A DNA stretch of 64,000 bases from Armatimonadota bacterium. Its GTDB lineage: Bacteria > Armatimonadota > HRBIN16. The notes under the pieces are model-generated. The model saw only the letters and a program-made list of their open reading frames with translations, searched no databases and was not told the DNA's origin. Within the stretch, counting starts at the first letter, position 1; the number at the start of each line of letters is the position of its first letter. Both the position numbers and the translations under genes were made by a program. This document shows, piece after piece, positions 10,377-19,327 of this stretch. The DNA is taken from contig OY781964.1 in NCBI GenBank assembly GCA_963677485.1, positions 4,800,001-4,864,000 on the forward strand, in the 5' to 3' direction.

Positions 10377-10415
10377 CCCTTTGCGTCATTGCCACTTTGC
10401 GTCTTTGCGTTAAAA
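10377..10415 (-). repeat. Right arm of the inverted repeat around the GxxExxY gene
   Basis: ccctttgcgtcattgccactttgcgtctttgcgttaaaa. Confidence 0.9.
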
Positions 10416-10445
10416 GTATTATCGCATCGTTACATGACTACATCG

Positions 10446-12713
10446 CTACTCCTTGTACACCGCGTGCATGCCGGTGAACAGCAACTCGCCTTTCACCGCG
10501 TAGCCGGGACTGTCCACTAGTAACAGCGTGTCGACCTTCACAGGCATGACCATCGTCTCCGGATGATTCGCGGAACCGCCCCACTGCCCCATTTGGCCTA
10601 AATCGGTAAGGTCGCAACTCATCAAGCGCCACCCTTTGAAGTCTACACGCCCGAAGCTGGATTGATAAGTGCGCCCCATACGATCCACCAATCGAATATT
10701 GATGATACACTTGTTGCCATCACCGTATACCCACACCCCCATCGAGTCAGGTAACCTGGTGAACACCTGTGGAGTAGTCGGAACCAACCTCACGAACTTC
10801 CATCCGTTACCGTAGTCATATGTGTATTTCAGAGCTTGCCCTATGGGTAAGAGCGAGCTTTTCACTTCGGCGATACCTAACGAATGCGTCGATGCCACCT
10901 CAGGTTTCCCATCTACATAACTTACGAGCTTCAGAAGGTCGGCACTAACAGACTGCATCCGCATGCGTCCAGAATCTGCCATGAGCTGATTGCCTTTCAG
11001 CAGTACAACTCGTAGCAGTGCAGAGGTGTTCACAGGGATCTTCAAATTGGCGTAGATTTCACTGCCTGCACGCGTGATTGTCACCCCGTCTGTATTATCA
11101 CCGCTGGTCAGCGGTACGGTTCGCTTGGTGTTGGAGTATATAACAAGTTTGTTGTCAGATGAAATCCTCTCTACGCCTTTCAGAATCACTGTCAGGTGAT
11201 CCACAGCGGTTCGCGAGAGGCTGAGAGACATCTCGTTCACGCCTATAAACATGATCTTTTGGTCGAACTGCATCTGACCGATGTGCAACTGCAGGCTCAA
11301 ACTCTTCTCCACATCGTCTTGCCTTACCGGTGATGGTCCTTGCCAGTGGAAATATGCAGTCTTGCCAGGTCCGACTACTACCTCAGTTGGATCCGTAAAC
11401 CGACCTGTCACATTGACCAGGTTGGTCACTTTCAACATATATTTCTGTGGTGAAGCAGACGGGTTAGTGACCCTGACGGAGAACTCAGGCCGCATCGATG
11501 TGTTCGAAACTCCGCACTTAATGAATGTTCTATGATTTACTACTTGCCAGTCGGCTTCTGCACGGAGTCGTAAGGCCTTGGCCGGGATGATGAGGTAGAC
11601 AGGCGATGATGTCAATCCGATGGATGGCATGCCTGGCACACTCACAGCGTGCGGTGCGGCGGTGGTCCAAGCTGCCAATTTGAGTAGGTTACCCGTGCCA
11701 AACATCAACAGATAATCATCCGGTTTGGAGGCGATTCGCTTGATGAACTTCATGCCGCGAAGAGCGGCTATCAGCTGTTTCGCTGTAGCATAACTTGGCT
11801 TTGGCTGGTAATCCTGCCGGACCGTTCCGAACCGATGCTCGTTGTAATTGGGGTCAGGACCATCATCATGCCAGTCATACCAGATCGAAACCGGTACATT
11901 CTGCGATAGGTTTATGAGGTACTGCCGCACAATATACTCACTCTGCTGCTTCTCCGTGTAGTTTCCGATTGCGGTCGAATAACCCCACTCACCCGATAAT
12001 ATCGGAATGTCCTGCCTGGATGGGTCGATCTGCGCGATGAGTTGGCGTAGTTTTTGGTATTCAGAAGCCACGGTTTCAGGAATGCCACCTCGATATGGGT
12101 GCACAGTGATGGCATCCACCAGCGGTAATAGGCCCTTTTTGAAACAGGCTTCCAGAAATCCAAGATCAATGCTAGCCGATGCAGGAGCCACACAGGTCGC
12201 ATTAGGATCAGCTTTTTTGATGGCAGGGATCACGGCTTTAGCCAGGGCCACATACTCATCGGGGCTGGGTATCGGCTTCCAGAACCCAATATTGGGCTCA
12301 TTCCACAGCTCCCACAATATCGGTTTGCCACGGTAGTGCGTTGCGGCTGCACTCGCAAATGCGGCAAATGCCTTGCGTCCCGCTTCGGTGCGGACGCTGC
12401 TCTCCTTCTCATATAATGTGTTGCTGTAGTCCAATATAAAAATTGGCCGTATGGTCCGTTGGAGCAAACCATCCAACAGCTTGTCATAGGCCTCAAAATG
12501 GTAAACACCAGGTTTCTTCTCTATGTCACCCCAGGCGAAATCCATGCGGATCATCTGCCAGCCAGCCTGATGAATCATGTCAAGGTCTTGCTTGGGAGCG
12601 CCAGTAAAGTGGATATTCACTCCCCAACCGTTAGGTACCACGAGTTCTGGCAATTTCGCTGCATGGCACGCGAGTGACGCTGCCATAAACAATGCTATCA
12701 ATGGTGTTTTCAT
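10446..12713 (-). CDS. Secreted clan GH-A glycoside hydrolase (GH39/GH5-like) with C-terminal carbohydrate-binding-like domain
   Basis: Signal peptide; IRMDFAW, WELWNEPN, TVHPY, ILSGEWG; C-terminal MGVWVYGDG...VDFKGW module. Confidence 0.8.
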   Translation of the reverse strand: MKTPLIALFMAASLACHAAKLPELVVPNGWGVNIHFTGAPKQDLDMIHQAGWQMIRMDFAWGDIEKKPGVYHFEAYDKLLDGLLQRTIRPIFILDYSNTLYEKESSVRTEAGRKAFAAFASAAATHYRGKPILWELWNEPNIGFWKPIPSPDEYVALAKAVIPAIKKADPNATCVAPASASIDLGFLEACFKKGLLPLVDAITVHPYRGGIPETVASEYQKLRQLIAQIDPSRQDIPILSGEWGYSTAIGNYTEKQQSEYIVRQYLINLSQNVPVSIWYDWHDDGPDPNYNEHRFGTVRQDYQPKPSYATAKQLIAALRGMKFIKRIASKPDDYLLMFGTGNLLKLAAWTTAAPHAVSVPGMPSIGLTSSPVYLIIPAKALRLRAEADWQVVNHRTFIKCGVSNTSMRPEFSVRVTNPSASPQKYMLKVTNLVNVTGRFTDPTEVVVGPGKTAYFHWQGPSPVRQDDVEKSLSLQLHIGQMQFDQKIMFIGVNEMSLSLSRTAVDHLTVILKGVERISSDNKLVIYSNTKRTVPLTSGDNTDGVTITRAGSEIYANLKIPVNTSALLRVVLLKGNQLMADSGRMRMQSVSADLLKLVSYVDGKPEVASTHSLGIAEVKSSLLPIGQALKYTYDYGNGWKFVRLVPTTPQVFTRLPDSMGVWVYGDGNKCIINIRLVDRMGRTYQSSFGRVDFKGWRLMSCDLTDLGQMGQWGGSANHPETMVMPVKVDTLLLVDSPGYAVKGELLFTGMHAVYKE

Positions 12714-12799
12714 AAAGCCTCCTGGGTATTAGTAGGTATATCTTACCTGTTTGGCGAAACTATGTGTAATACGCCTATGCGACTCAGGAGCTACAATTA

Positions 12800-13303
12800 A
12801 TGAATGAAGATGAACGTCGCCAAACCAATGATGACCGACTTAGCATGATCGACGCATCTATTCGCCAAAAGGTGGCTGATGTGCTTGCCGAGATGGAAGC
12901 ACTCGGAGAACGCCCCATGATTCACCACGAATTATGGCGCACGCCAGAAGAGCAAGTGGCGATTTTCCACAGAGGCGACTCGCAGGTGACTTGGAGCTAC
13001 CACTGCGCCACCGACCCTCAAGGCAACCCCTCGAGCCTGGCAGCAGATATCGTCGATGCCGATGCAGACGAACAGGCAACACATCAATTTTGGATGAAAC
13101 TGGGCCATTGTGCGATGAAGCGCCAAATGGAATGGGGCGGCTTGTGGGGCTTACCTGAGGAACAACGACAGCGGATTCGCGATTTCGCGGCGGCCTGTCA
13201 CTGGGATGCGGAAATTGAGCTGGGATGGGACAAACCACACATCCAAACCACGGAAGTGACTCTGGCGGAAGCCAAAACTGGCAAGCGCTACCGGTCAGAA
13301 TAA
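12800..13303 (+). CDS. M15-family zinc peptidase (L-Ala-D-Glu peptidase / carboxypeptidase-like)
   Basis: RTPEEQ, SYH......ADIV, EWGG.W and D.PHIQ motifs. Confidence 0.75.
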   Translation: MNEDERRQTNDDRLSMIDASIRQKVADVLAEMEALGERPMIHHELWRTPEEQVAIFHRGDSQVTWSYHCATDPQGNPSSLAADIVDADADEQATHQFWMKLGHCAMKRQMEWGGLWGLPEEQRQRIRDFAAACHWDAEIELGWDKPHIQTTEVTLAEAKTGKRYRSE

Positions 13304-13306
13304 CGC

Positions 13307-13339
13307 ACCGCCCGTAATGATCTTTCCATTACGGGCGGT
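13307..13339. terminator. Hairpin between convergent genes, probable bidirectional terminator
   Basis: accgcccgtaatg-atctttc-cattacgggcggt, 13-bp perfect stem. Confidence 0.75.
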
Positions 13340-13355
13340 AGTCTGCGAATAGCTC

Positions 13356-14609
13356 TTATTCGCCGTGGTATCCGATGCGTTCCCAAACCGCTCTGGCTTC
13401 TGCGATCGCCTCGTCAGTGGGCGTCTTCCAGCCTTTGATGCTTGGTGGGGGCTGCCCTGGGCCTGCGTCTTTCGGCCATGGCGACCAATGGTCGTTCTCG
13501 TATAACTTCCGCTGTTCTTCGTCCCGGAAGTCGGGCATGTCAAATGGCTTGCCGTCTTCAAGCGCGCTCTTCCAGGCCAGAATTCCCACGCTAGACATGG
13601 CCACACCACGGTAAACATCAAGGAATGGCTGCACTCCACTGCGTATGGAGTTTGCGAACTCGAAGTTCGTCCAGAAGTCGCCTCCCCCATGACCAGCCGA
13701 ATCAGCCAGCTCGCCATGCACGGGCCAGTCCGGTGAATAGACACGGTTTAGCGGCTGTCCTGGGAACCTATCCCACTCATCATGCCAGACGCGAACCTCT
13801 TGCGGACCGAAATAACCTGGACCTCGGGTAATTTCCATCGCACCGTGGTTGCCATGCACGCGATACCAGTTGCTATGGCCAGGAACTCCAAGCCCGAACA
13901 ATCGGAAGACGGAACCGTTGCTCATTCGACACAGGATGACCGACCCGCGATCTCCCATTCGGATGTTGTTCTCTTCAACTTCCCTCACGTTCATCGAAAG
14001 GGCGTTGATCTTCATAGGCATGGTGTCAGTTATGAACATGAGTGGTGCCAGAGCGTGGGTGCAGTAATAAGTGGAAGGCAGCCAGTTTCGCCAGTGCTTC
14101 ATACCCGGCGATATCTCGTATGTGGCCGGACGAGGCATCGGGTGGTTATACTCACCTTCGGCATAGGTGACCTCACCCAGCTCACCGGTCTTGTAGACGC
14201 GCTGCATCTCCATATTGAATTTGGTGTAAGGGTAGTTTTCCGCCAGCATATAGATCAAGCCGGACTCTTCTACCGCGCGGCAGAGCGCCACGCCTTCCGC
14301 CAGCGTGGTGTTGCTTGCGGTCTCACTCATGACATGCTTGCCAGCCTTCAACGCTTTGATGGCGAAGGGGGCATGTTCGTTGAAATAGTTGGCCAGAATC
14401 ACGGCGTCCATGTCGTGCTTCAGGAATTCGTCGTAATCGGTGTAGGTGGCGACATCGTGTTTTTTCCCAACATCGTTCAACCGCTCTTCCCAGGTGTCAC
14501 AAAGAGCCACCAGCTTCATGCCGGCAGAACCGCCCTCCATGAAACTCTGTCCGCGGCCCACACCCAGTACGCCTACCTTGATAAGCTGTTCAGAATCCTG
14601 CTGGCTCAT
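13356..14609 (-). CDS. Gfo/Idh/MocA-family NAD-dependent oxidoreductase (GH109-like)
   Basis: IKVGVLGVGRG, KHVMSET, AENY, YCTHAL, GHGGGD; start moved to ATG 14609 with RBS ggagg. Confidence 0.85.
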   Translation of the reverse strand: MSQQDSEQLIKVGVLGVGRGQSFMEGGSAGMKLVALCDTWEERLNDVGKKHDVATYTDYDEFLKHDMDAVILANYFNEHAPFAIKALKAGKHVMSETASNTTLAEGVALCRAVEESGLIYMLAENYPYTKFNMEMQRVYKTGELGEVTYAEGEYNHPMPRPATYEISPGMKHWRNWLPSTYYCTHALAPLMFITDTMPMKINALSMNVREVEENNIRMGDRGSVILCRMSNGSVFRLFGLGVPGHSNWYRVHGNHGAMEITRGPGYFGPQEVRVWHDEWDRFPGQPLNRVYSPDWPVHGELADSAGHGGGDFWTNFEFANSIRSGVQPFLDVYRGVAMSSVGILAWKSALEDGKPFDMPDFRDEEQRKLYENDHWSPWPKDAGPGQPPPSIKGWKTPTDEAIAEARAVWERIGYHGE

Positions 14610-14804
14610 GGTCTCCTCCATATAATGTAAATATCGATAGCTTGCAATCTTCTGTTCTGCGTTGTAATATCCAGAGGTGACTACACCATCTGGAATCCTC
14701 AACATGCTCATTTTACCCAGATAACTGTATGGATGTGCGTGCTGAATATGTCGCTTTTCAGGGGATATTTATGAATTTCAGAGATGATCAGAAAGGAGGC
14801 CTGT

Positions 14805-15605
14805 ATGGTTGATTTCCGCATCCTGCACGTGGGTGTATACAGCAATCCGGAACGCAACAGGCAGTTTATCGAGTGTGCGACGATCTCCTTCAACATATCC
14901 GGCCTTATTCAGATGAGTCAAAATGGATATGCGCTGGATGCTTCGGCACCGTGGCTGAAAATCGGCCCTCCAGGCTCACTGGTCGTGTTTGAATACGGAA
15001 AGAATCGCGAAAACTGGGTTATCCTTCTTGACACCCCGCATATACGAAGCTCTGAACGTCCAGGGTTTATTCAGGTATTCTACCGAAACCAATGGATTGA
15101 ATATCCGCATGTGGTACCTATTGAGTCTGAACGCGTCGCGGGGTTACGCATGGAATTTGAGCGCATACAGGAATCTGTGCAAAGCCCATTTCCAAAAAAC
15201 CAGCTCCTCGCAGACTTAGGCGTGATGAATCTGATACGAACCGTGCTCAACCACAACACCGGTATCCTGAGCCAGAGCCCAGCCGCTCTGCTTAAGAAAC
15301 TCATCGATGCAGATAACTGCTATCACGTAAGTCTGTCAGAGCTCAGCCTGCAATGCGGTCTGTCCGTCGATCACATGAGAACGCTCTTCCGCAAGGAATT
15401 TAACATGAGCCCAGTTCAATATCGAAACAATAGGCGCATGGCCATGGCGATGGAATACATCGCAAATTCGAGATTGAGCGTGTCTGAGATTGCAGGCAAA
15501 CTAGGCTACGCTCATGTGTCGCATTTTTCGGCCGTATTTCATACATGTTTCGAAGTCTCTCCCACCCAGGCGATACAAAGATTTCGGCATGGGGTCACTG
15601 CCTGA
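14805..15605 (+). CDS. AraC-family transcriptional regulator, divergent from the oxidoreductase
   Basis: C-terminal double HTH (LFRKEFNMSPVQY...VSEIAGKLGY...HFSAVF); RBS aggagg before ATG 14805. Confidence 0.9.
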   Translation: MVDFRILHVGVYSNPERNRQFIECATISFNISGLIQMSQNGYALDASAPWLKIGPPGSLVVFEYGKNRENWVILLDTPHIRSSERPGFIQVFYRNQWIEYPHVVPIESERVAGLRMEFERIQESVQSPFPKNQLLADLGVMNLIRTVLNHNTGILSQSPAALLKKLIDADNCYHVSLSELSLQCGLSVDHMRTLFRKEFNMSPVQYRNNRRMAMAMEYIANSRLSVSEIAGKLGYAHVSHFSAVFHTCFEVSPTQAIQRFRHGVTA

Positions 15606-15635
15606 AGGCCCCACACTGCGATCTGGCTCTTGGCT

Positions 15636-16145
15636 CTACAGTTGCTGCATAGCATATAGTGAAGTCAATATGTCCCGATTTTTGGGATTGTAAAATTCGC
15701 CGACCTTTCGCATACCGATCTTTTCAGCAACCCTCTGTGAGGCGATATGGTTCCATGGCATATTGGCATGCAATGCATCGACATTCAGTCGCCGGAATGC
15801 ATAATCTCTCATCATCGCCGCCGCCTCGGTGCCGTATCCTTGACGCCAATGCTCGCTGGCGATTATCCAGCCGATGTCCTCAACTTCCATATCATTCACA
15901 GTGGCGCTGATCACTCCGCAATCGCCAATGAACTCGCCTGTGGACGCCAGTATCACCGCTCTGCGGCCAAAACCCGCCTCCTCGTAGAGGTCTGTGTTCT
16001 TCATGATCCAATCCCGCGTCTCAGAGCGTGTGTAAGGACGGGGCCAGAAGCTCATAGTCTCCGGGTCTGAGAGAATCGCATACAAGCTCTCGAGATCATC
16101 TTGAATATAATCCCGAATCACTAACCTTTTTGTTTGGATGATCAT
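15636..16145 (-). CDS. GNAT N-acetyltransferase (RimJ/RimL type)
   Basis: IQTKRLVIR, FIGDCG, WRQGYGTEAA, NIASQRVAEKIGM. Confidence 0.9.
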   Translation of the reverse strand: MIIQTKRLVIRDYIQDDLESLYAILSDPETMSFWPRPYTRSETRDWIMKNTDLYEEAGFGRRAVILASTGEFIGDCGVISATVNDMEVEDIGWIIASEHWRQGYGTEAAAMMRDYAFRRLNVDALHANMPWNHIASQRVAEKIGMRKVGEFYNPKNRDILTSLYAMQQL

Positions 16146-16188
16146 ATCCGTTTCCCCCTGTTCGTCTGGTGTTGATAACCTGCGGAAC

Positions 16189-17043
16189 TTACAGATGATA
16201 CGCTCTTTTCACCATGGCCAGGAACATATGGGTGGGCAATACTCGTCTCAGGAACAAGAGCATTGGGGCCGGATGGCCGACTGCGTAACGCATCTTGTTG
16301 CTGCCATCTGTTGCGGCTTTATAGATCACACCGGCCACCACATCAGGCTGCTCGCCTTTGGCACTGCCTTCCATTGTCACCTTGTCTACCATCTCCACAT
16401 ACTTGGTATACATCGGAAGATGGATAGCGTTGATGAATGTGCGGCTACGGCCATAGAAGTCCGTGTTGATAGCCCCAGGCTCGATGATCTTGATGCGGAT
16501 ACCGAAGGGCTCCATTTCGTAGTGCAGCGACTCCGAAAAGCCCTCTACTGCCCATTTCGTCGCGTGATAGATACTGTAGAGAGGAAACGTGAGGCGTCCG
16601 CCCATACTGGCGATCTGCACTATCACGCCTCCGCAGCGCTCCCGGAAGTGCGGAATCAGGGCTCGAGTGACCCGCATCAATCCGAACACATTGGTGTCAA
16701 ACTGACGGTGAATGTCTTCGTCGCTCATCGCCTCAAACACACCGTCGATGGAGAAACCGGCGTTGTTCACCAGCACATCAATCTGACCAAACTGAGCGAT
16801 CGCCGCTGCAAGTGCCGTTTTGATGCTCTCTGAGTTGGTCACGTCCAAGGTGAATAGTTGGATATGCGGATGATCACCGAGTGTCTTTTCGTTCTCCGGA
16901 TTCCGCATCGTAGCCGCCACGTTCCAGCCATGGTCTGCGAAGTAGGTCGCGGTCGATCGACCTATACCTGTAGATGAACCTGTTATGAATACTGTCTTGT
17001 CCAATGTTTTCACCACCTTGCCACTGTATTGCGTTGTGATCAA
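16189..17043 (-). CDS. Short-chain dehydrogenase/reductase
   Basis: TGSSTGIG, NNAG, YHATK catalytic motif; exact start uncertain. Confidence 0.92.
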   Translation of the reverse strand: MITTQYSGKVVKTLDKTVFITGSSTGIGRSTATYFADHGWNVAATMRNPENEKTLGDHPHIQLFTLDVTNSESIKTALAAAIAQFGQIDVLVNNAGFSIDGVFEAMSDEDIHRQFDTNVFGLMRVTRALIPHFRERCGGVIVQIASMGGRLTFPLYSIYHATKWAVEGFSESLHYEMEPFGIRIKIIEPGAINTDFYGRSRTFINAIHLPMYTKYVEMVDKVTMEGSAKGEQPDVVAGVIYKAATDGSNKMRYAVGHPAPMLLFLRRVLPTHMFLAMVKRAYHL

Positions 17044-17125
17044 AGTATACCCGGATAGCGGGAGTTACAGGTGCCTAAACCGTGTCCTGTGAGAGAAACA
17101 GCCTGACTTACCTCATGGCGAGGCA

Positions 17126-17746
17126 CTACCTGTGAATAAGCAGACTGCTGGCTAACAGAATGAACACCACTGCCGCCACGCGCCCCAGGACACACCGAGC
17201 CTTGGGATTACCCAGGAACCGCTCACCAATCCCTCCCGCTAGCAGGGCGATGACTCCAAACACAAGCAAGGTGGCCAGTTGGAAAGTGATGCCAAGTTGC
17301 ACTACCTGAGTCCAGACAACCCCATTTGCTTCCGAAACATACCGTGGGAGCAAGGCCAGAAAGAAGATGAGAACCTTGGGGTTGGTGACATTCATCACCA
17401 CTCCTCGAAGGTATAAAGGTCCGGGAGCTAGTTGAACCGATCGGCCCTCGTGTTCTCTGCCCGCACTTCGCCAGGCCCCAACCGCCAGCCACAGTAGGTA
17501 TAGTGCCCCCATGGCCTTGATCGCGAAAAGTAGTTTCGGCGATGCAGCCACAATGGCGGCCACTCCACACGCGACCAGCGTGGTATGAACGATTAACCCT
17601 GTACATAATCCTAAAACCACCAGTAAGCCGTCTCGCTTACCGTATGCCATAGACTGGGCCAACACGAATAAGATATCCGGTCCTGGAGCTAAAGCCAGTA
17701 TCACTGACACCCCGAAGAACACAGATAATGTGGTGATCGGAACCAT
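17126..17746 (-). CDS. LysE/RhtB-family amino acid exporter
   Basis: PGPD, GALYLLWLA and NPK motifs; hydrophobic helices. Confidence 0.9.
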   Translation of the reverse strand: MVPITTLSVFFGVSVILALAPGPDILFVLAQSMAYGKRDGLLVVLGLCTGLIVHTTLVACGVAAIVAASPKLLFAIKAMGALYLLWLAVGAWRSAGREHEGRSVQLAPGPLYLRGVVMNVTNPKVLIFFLALLPRYVSEANGVVWTQVVQLGITFQLATLLVFGVIALLAGGIGERFLGNPKARCVLGRVAAVVFILLASSLLIHR

Positions 17747-17819
17747 GGGTCTGCACCTCCATACGCACCTTTATATTGTGCCAAATGATGGCCAGTCGTG
17801 CCGACCCCGTATAGTCGAT

Positions 17820-18737
17820 CTATGGTTGCTGAAGTGCCAGTCCTGTCACACGCTGCACGTAGTCCGTTTTGGCCTGGGTATAGGCTTCGCGATCCTGAGT
17901 GTGCTGTTTCGCTAGCTCATACTTCAGGGCGGCATACCGGTCTGCCTCTTCTGGATTGTTCCGCAAGTAGTCTCGAAAGGCTAACCCTACCCATAACGGA
18001 TGCCCAGCAGGAGCCATATGGATATGGCAGCAGCGTGGGCCAAGGTAATATTCACGCTTGACAAAACACATGTGGCCCCCAAATGACCAGAACTCACAGC
18101 AATCATTGCACAACGCGGGTATGGCGGTCTGGTGAGCCCACTCAAAGGATGGTATCTCAACCAGAATGTCAATCACTGGCTTTGCGGGCATTCCTGGTAT
18201 GGATGTGCTGCCGTAGTGCTCAATCCTCAGGCTGGTATCACCAATGGTGGAGATGATCTCTTCTGCATACTTAAGAAACATTTCGGGCCAGGCTGGGTTG
18301 TAATCCACCAGCTCCACATCATCTTGATACTCGCGGCTCACATCGAAGGCCGCCAGAGAGCTGAGACGCCAGTCGCACATGACAGGCTCTGCAGTTCCTG
18401 ACCACTCCGGCGGTGTGCTCATACGGAATTCGCCCACACCGTTCTGCTGCCACATCCATTCAATCGGATAGTGTTGGATGAATCTGCCTTGTGTGACCAC
18501 AAGCTCGCGATCACCACACTCTAGCCTTGTGAGATGACCGGGGATGTTGCTGGCTCCGGCCGTGTCTGCACCCAGAAACCGTGTCACACACACACCATCA
18601 TAGAATGCCTCAAAGCCGATATATCGCGATCCAGCGTCGGGGTACGTGATATCAGACCGGAGTAACCCAAACAACGAGCCATACTCGTCCATACTCCAGA
18701 TTGAACCTGCTGGTTTGATTTGGCCAGATAAAAACAT
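17820..18737 (-). CDS. GrpB (UPF0157) domain protein with unassigned N-terminal domain
   Basis: YNPAWP, IEHYGSTSIPGMPAKPVIDI, FRDYLR, YAALK, YTQAK. Confidence 0.85.
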   Translation of the reverse strand: MFLSGQIKPAGSIWSMDEYGSLFGLLRSDITYPDAGSRYIGFEAFYDGVCVTRFLGADTAGASNIPGHLTRLECGDRELVVTQGRFIQHYPIEWMWQQNGVGEFRMSTPPEWSGTAEPVMCDWRLSSLAAFDVSREYQDDVELVDYNPAWPEMFLKYAEEIISTIGDTSLRIEHYGSTSIPGMPAKPVIDILVEIPSFEWAHQTAIPALCNDCCEFWSFGGHMCFVKREYYLGPRCCHIHMAPAGHPLWVGLAFRDYLRNNPEEADRYAALKYELAKQHTQDREAYTQAKTDYVQRVTGLALQQP

Positions 18738-19294
18738 CAGCCGTCTATCATTATCAGGCCGACAAACGACACCGTGTTCTGACCATTGATGTATTTCAAT
18801 CCGTGGGTTTCAAGCATCGTCTTGACGTCTATCCCAAAACCGGATATCGAAGGCACAGCTCGGTCTGGGTAGAGGCATGGGCTGTCAGGGTAGGTGCAGC
18901 TCTCACATTGCCCGCATCCGCCGTTACCAAGTGCCTTGATACGGACTTCTGGGAATTCTGTCCGCAGTTTCAAAGCGATCTCACGGACCATGTTGTTGTG
19001 CAGCACCGCCGCCTGCCCCATACCCTCGAAATCCCAGGAATCTTCCACTTCCGTGACGTTCTGAAGCACGATCCCCTTCGGAAAGCTGCGTAGTTCCTGT
19101 GAAATGAGCTCCAGCTCACCGACACCTGGAGGGCAGGTCCAATATCTACCATAGTTGCCACATGCGTTAGTCGCGCAGCTATCTCGGTAGCACTGATGAC
19201 CGACCAACAGGCTCGGATCAACCTCAACGGCGTGTGTAGCCCCATGTTGTTTTACTATTTCAATGAGGTGTTCAATTTCCAGAGTCAATTTCAT
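18737..19294 (-). CDS. DUF2284 Cys-rich metal-binding protein
   Basis: C..N.CGNYG..WTCPP, GCGQCESC...C.YP, GIDV. Confidence 0.8.
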   Translation of the reverse strand: MKLTLEIEHLIEIVKQHGATHAVEVDPSLLVGHQCYRDSCATNACGNYGRYWTCPPGVGELELISQELRSFPKGIVLQNVTEVEDSWDFEGMGQAAVLHNNMVREIALKLRTEFPEVRIKALGNGGCGQCESCTYPDSPCLYPDRAVPSISGFGIDVKTMLETHGLKYINGQNTVSFVGLIMIDG

Positions 19295-19327
19295 CTCCTG
19301 ATTTCGTTGTCTATATGTGCCGGTAAC

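Noticed and set aside
13782-14630. 282-aa plus-strand ORF and similar long antisense ORFs (16138-16833, 58026-58862, 61325-61912)
   Set aside because: They lie opposite well-supported genes and show no motifs; typical antisense shadows
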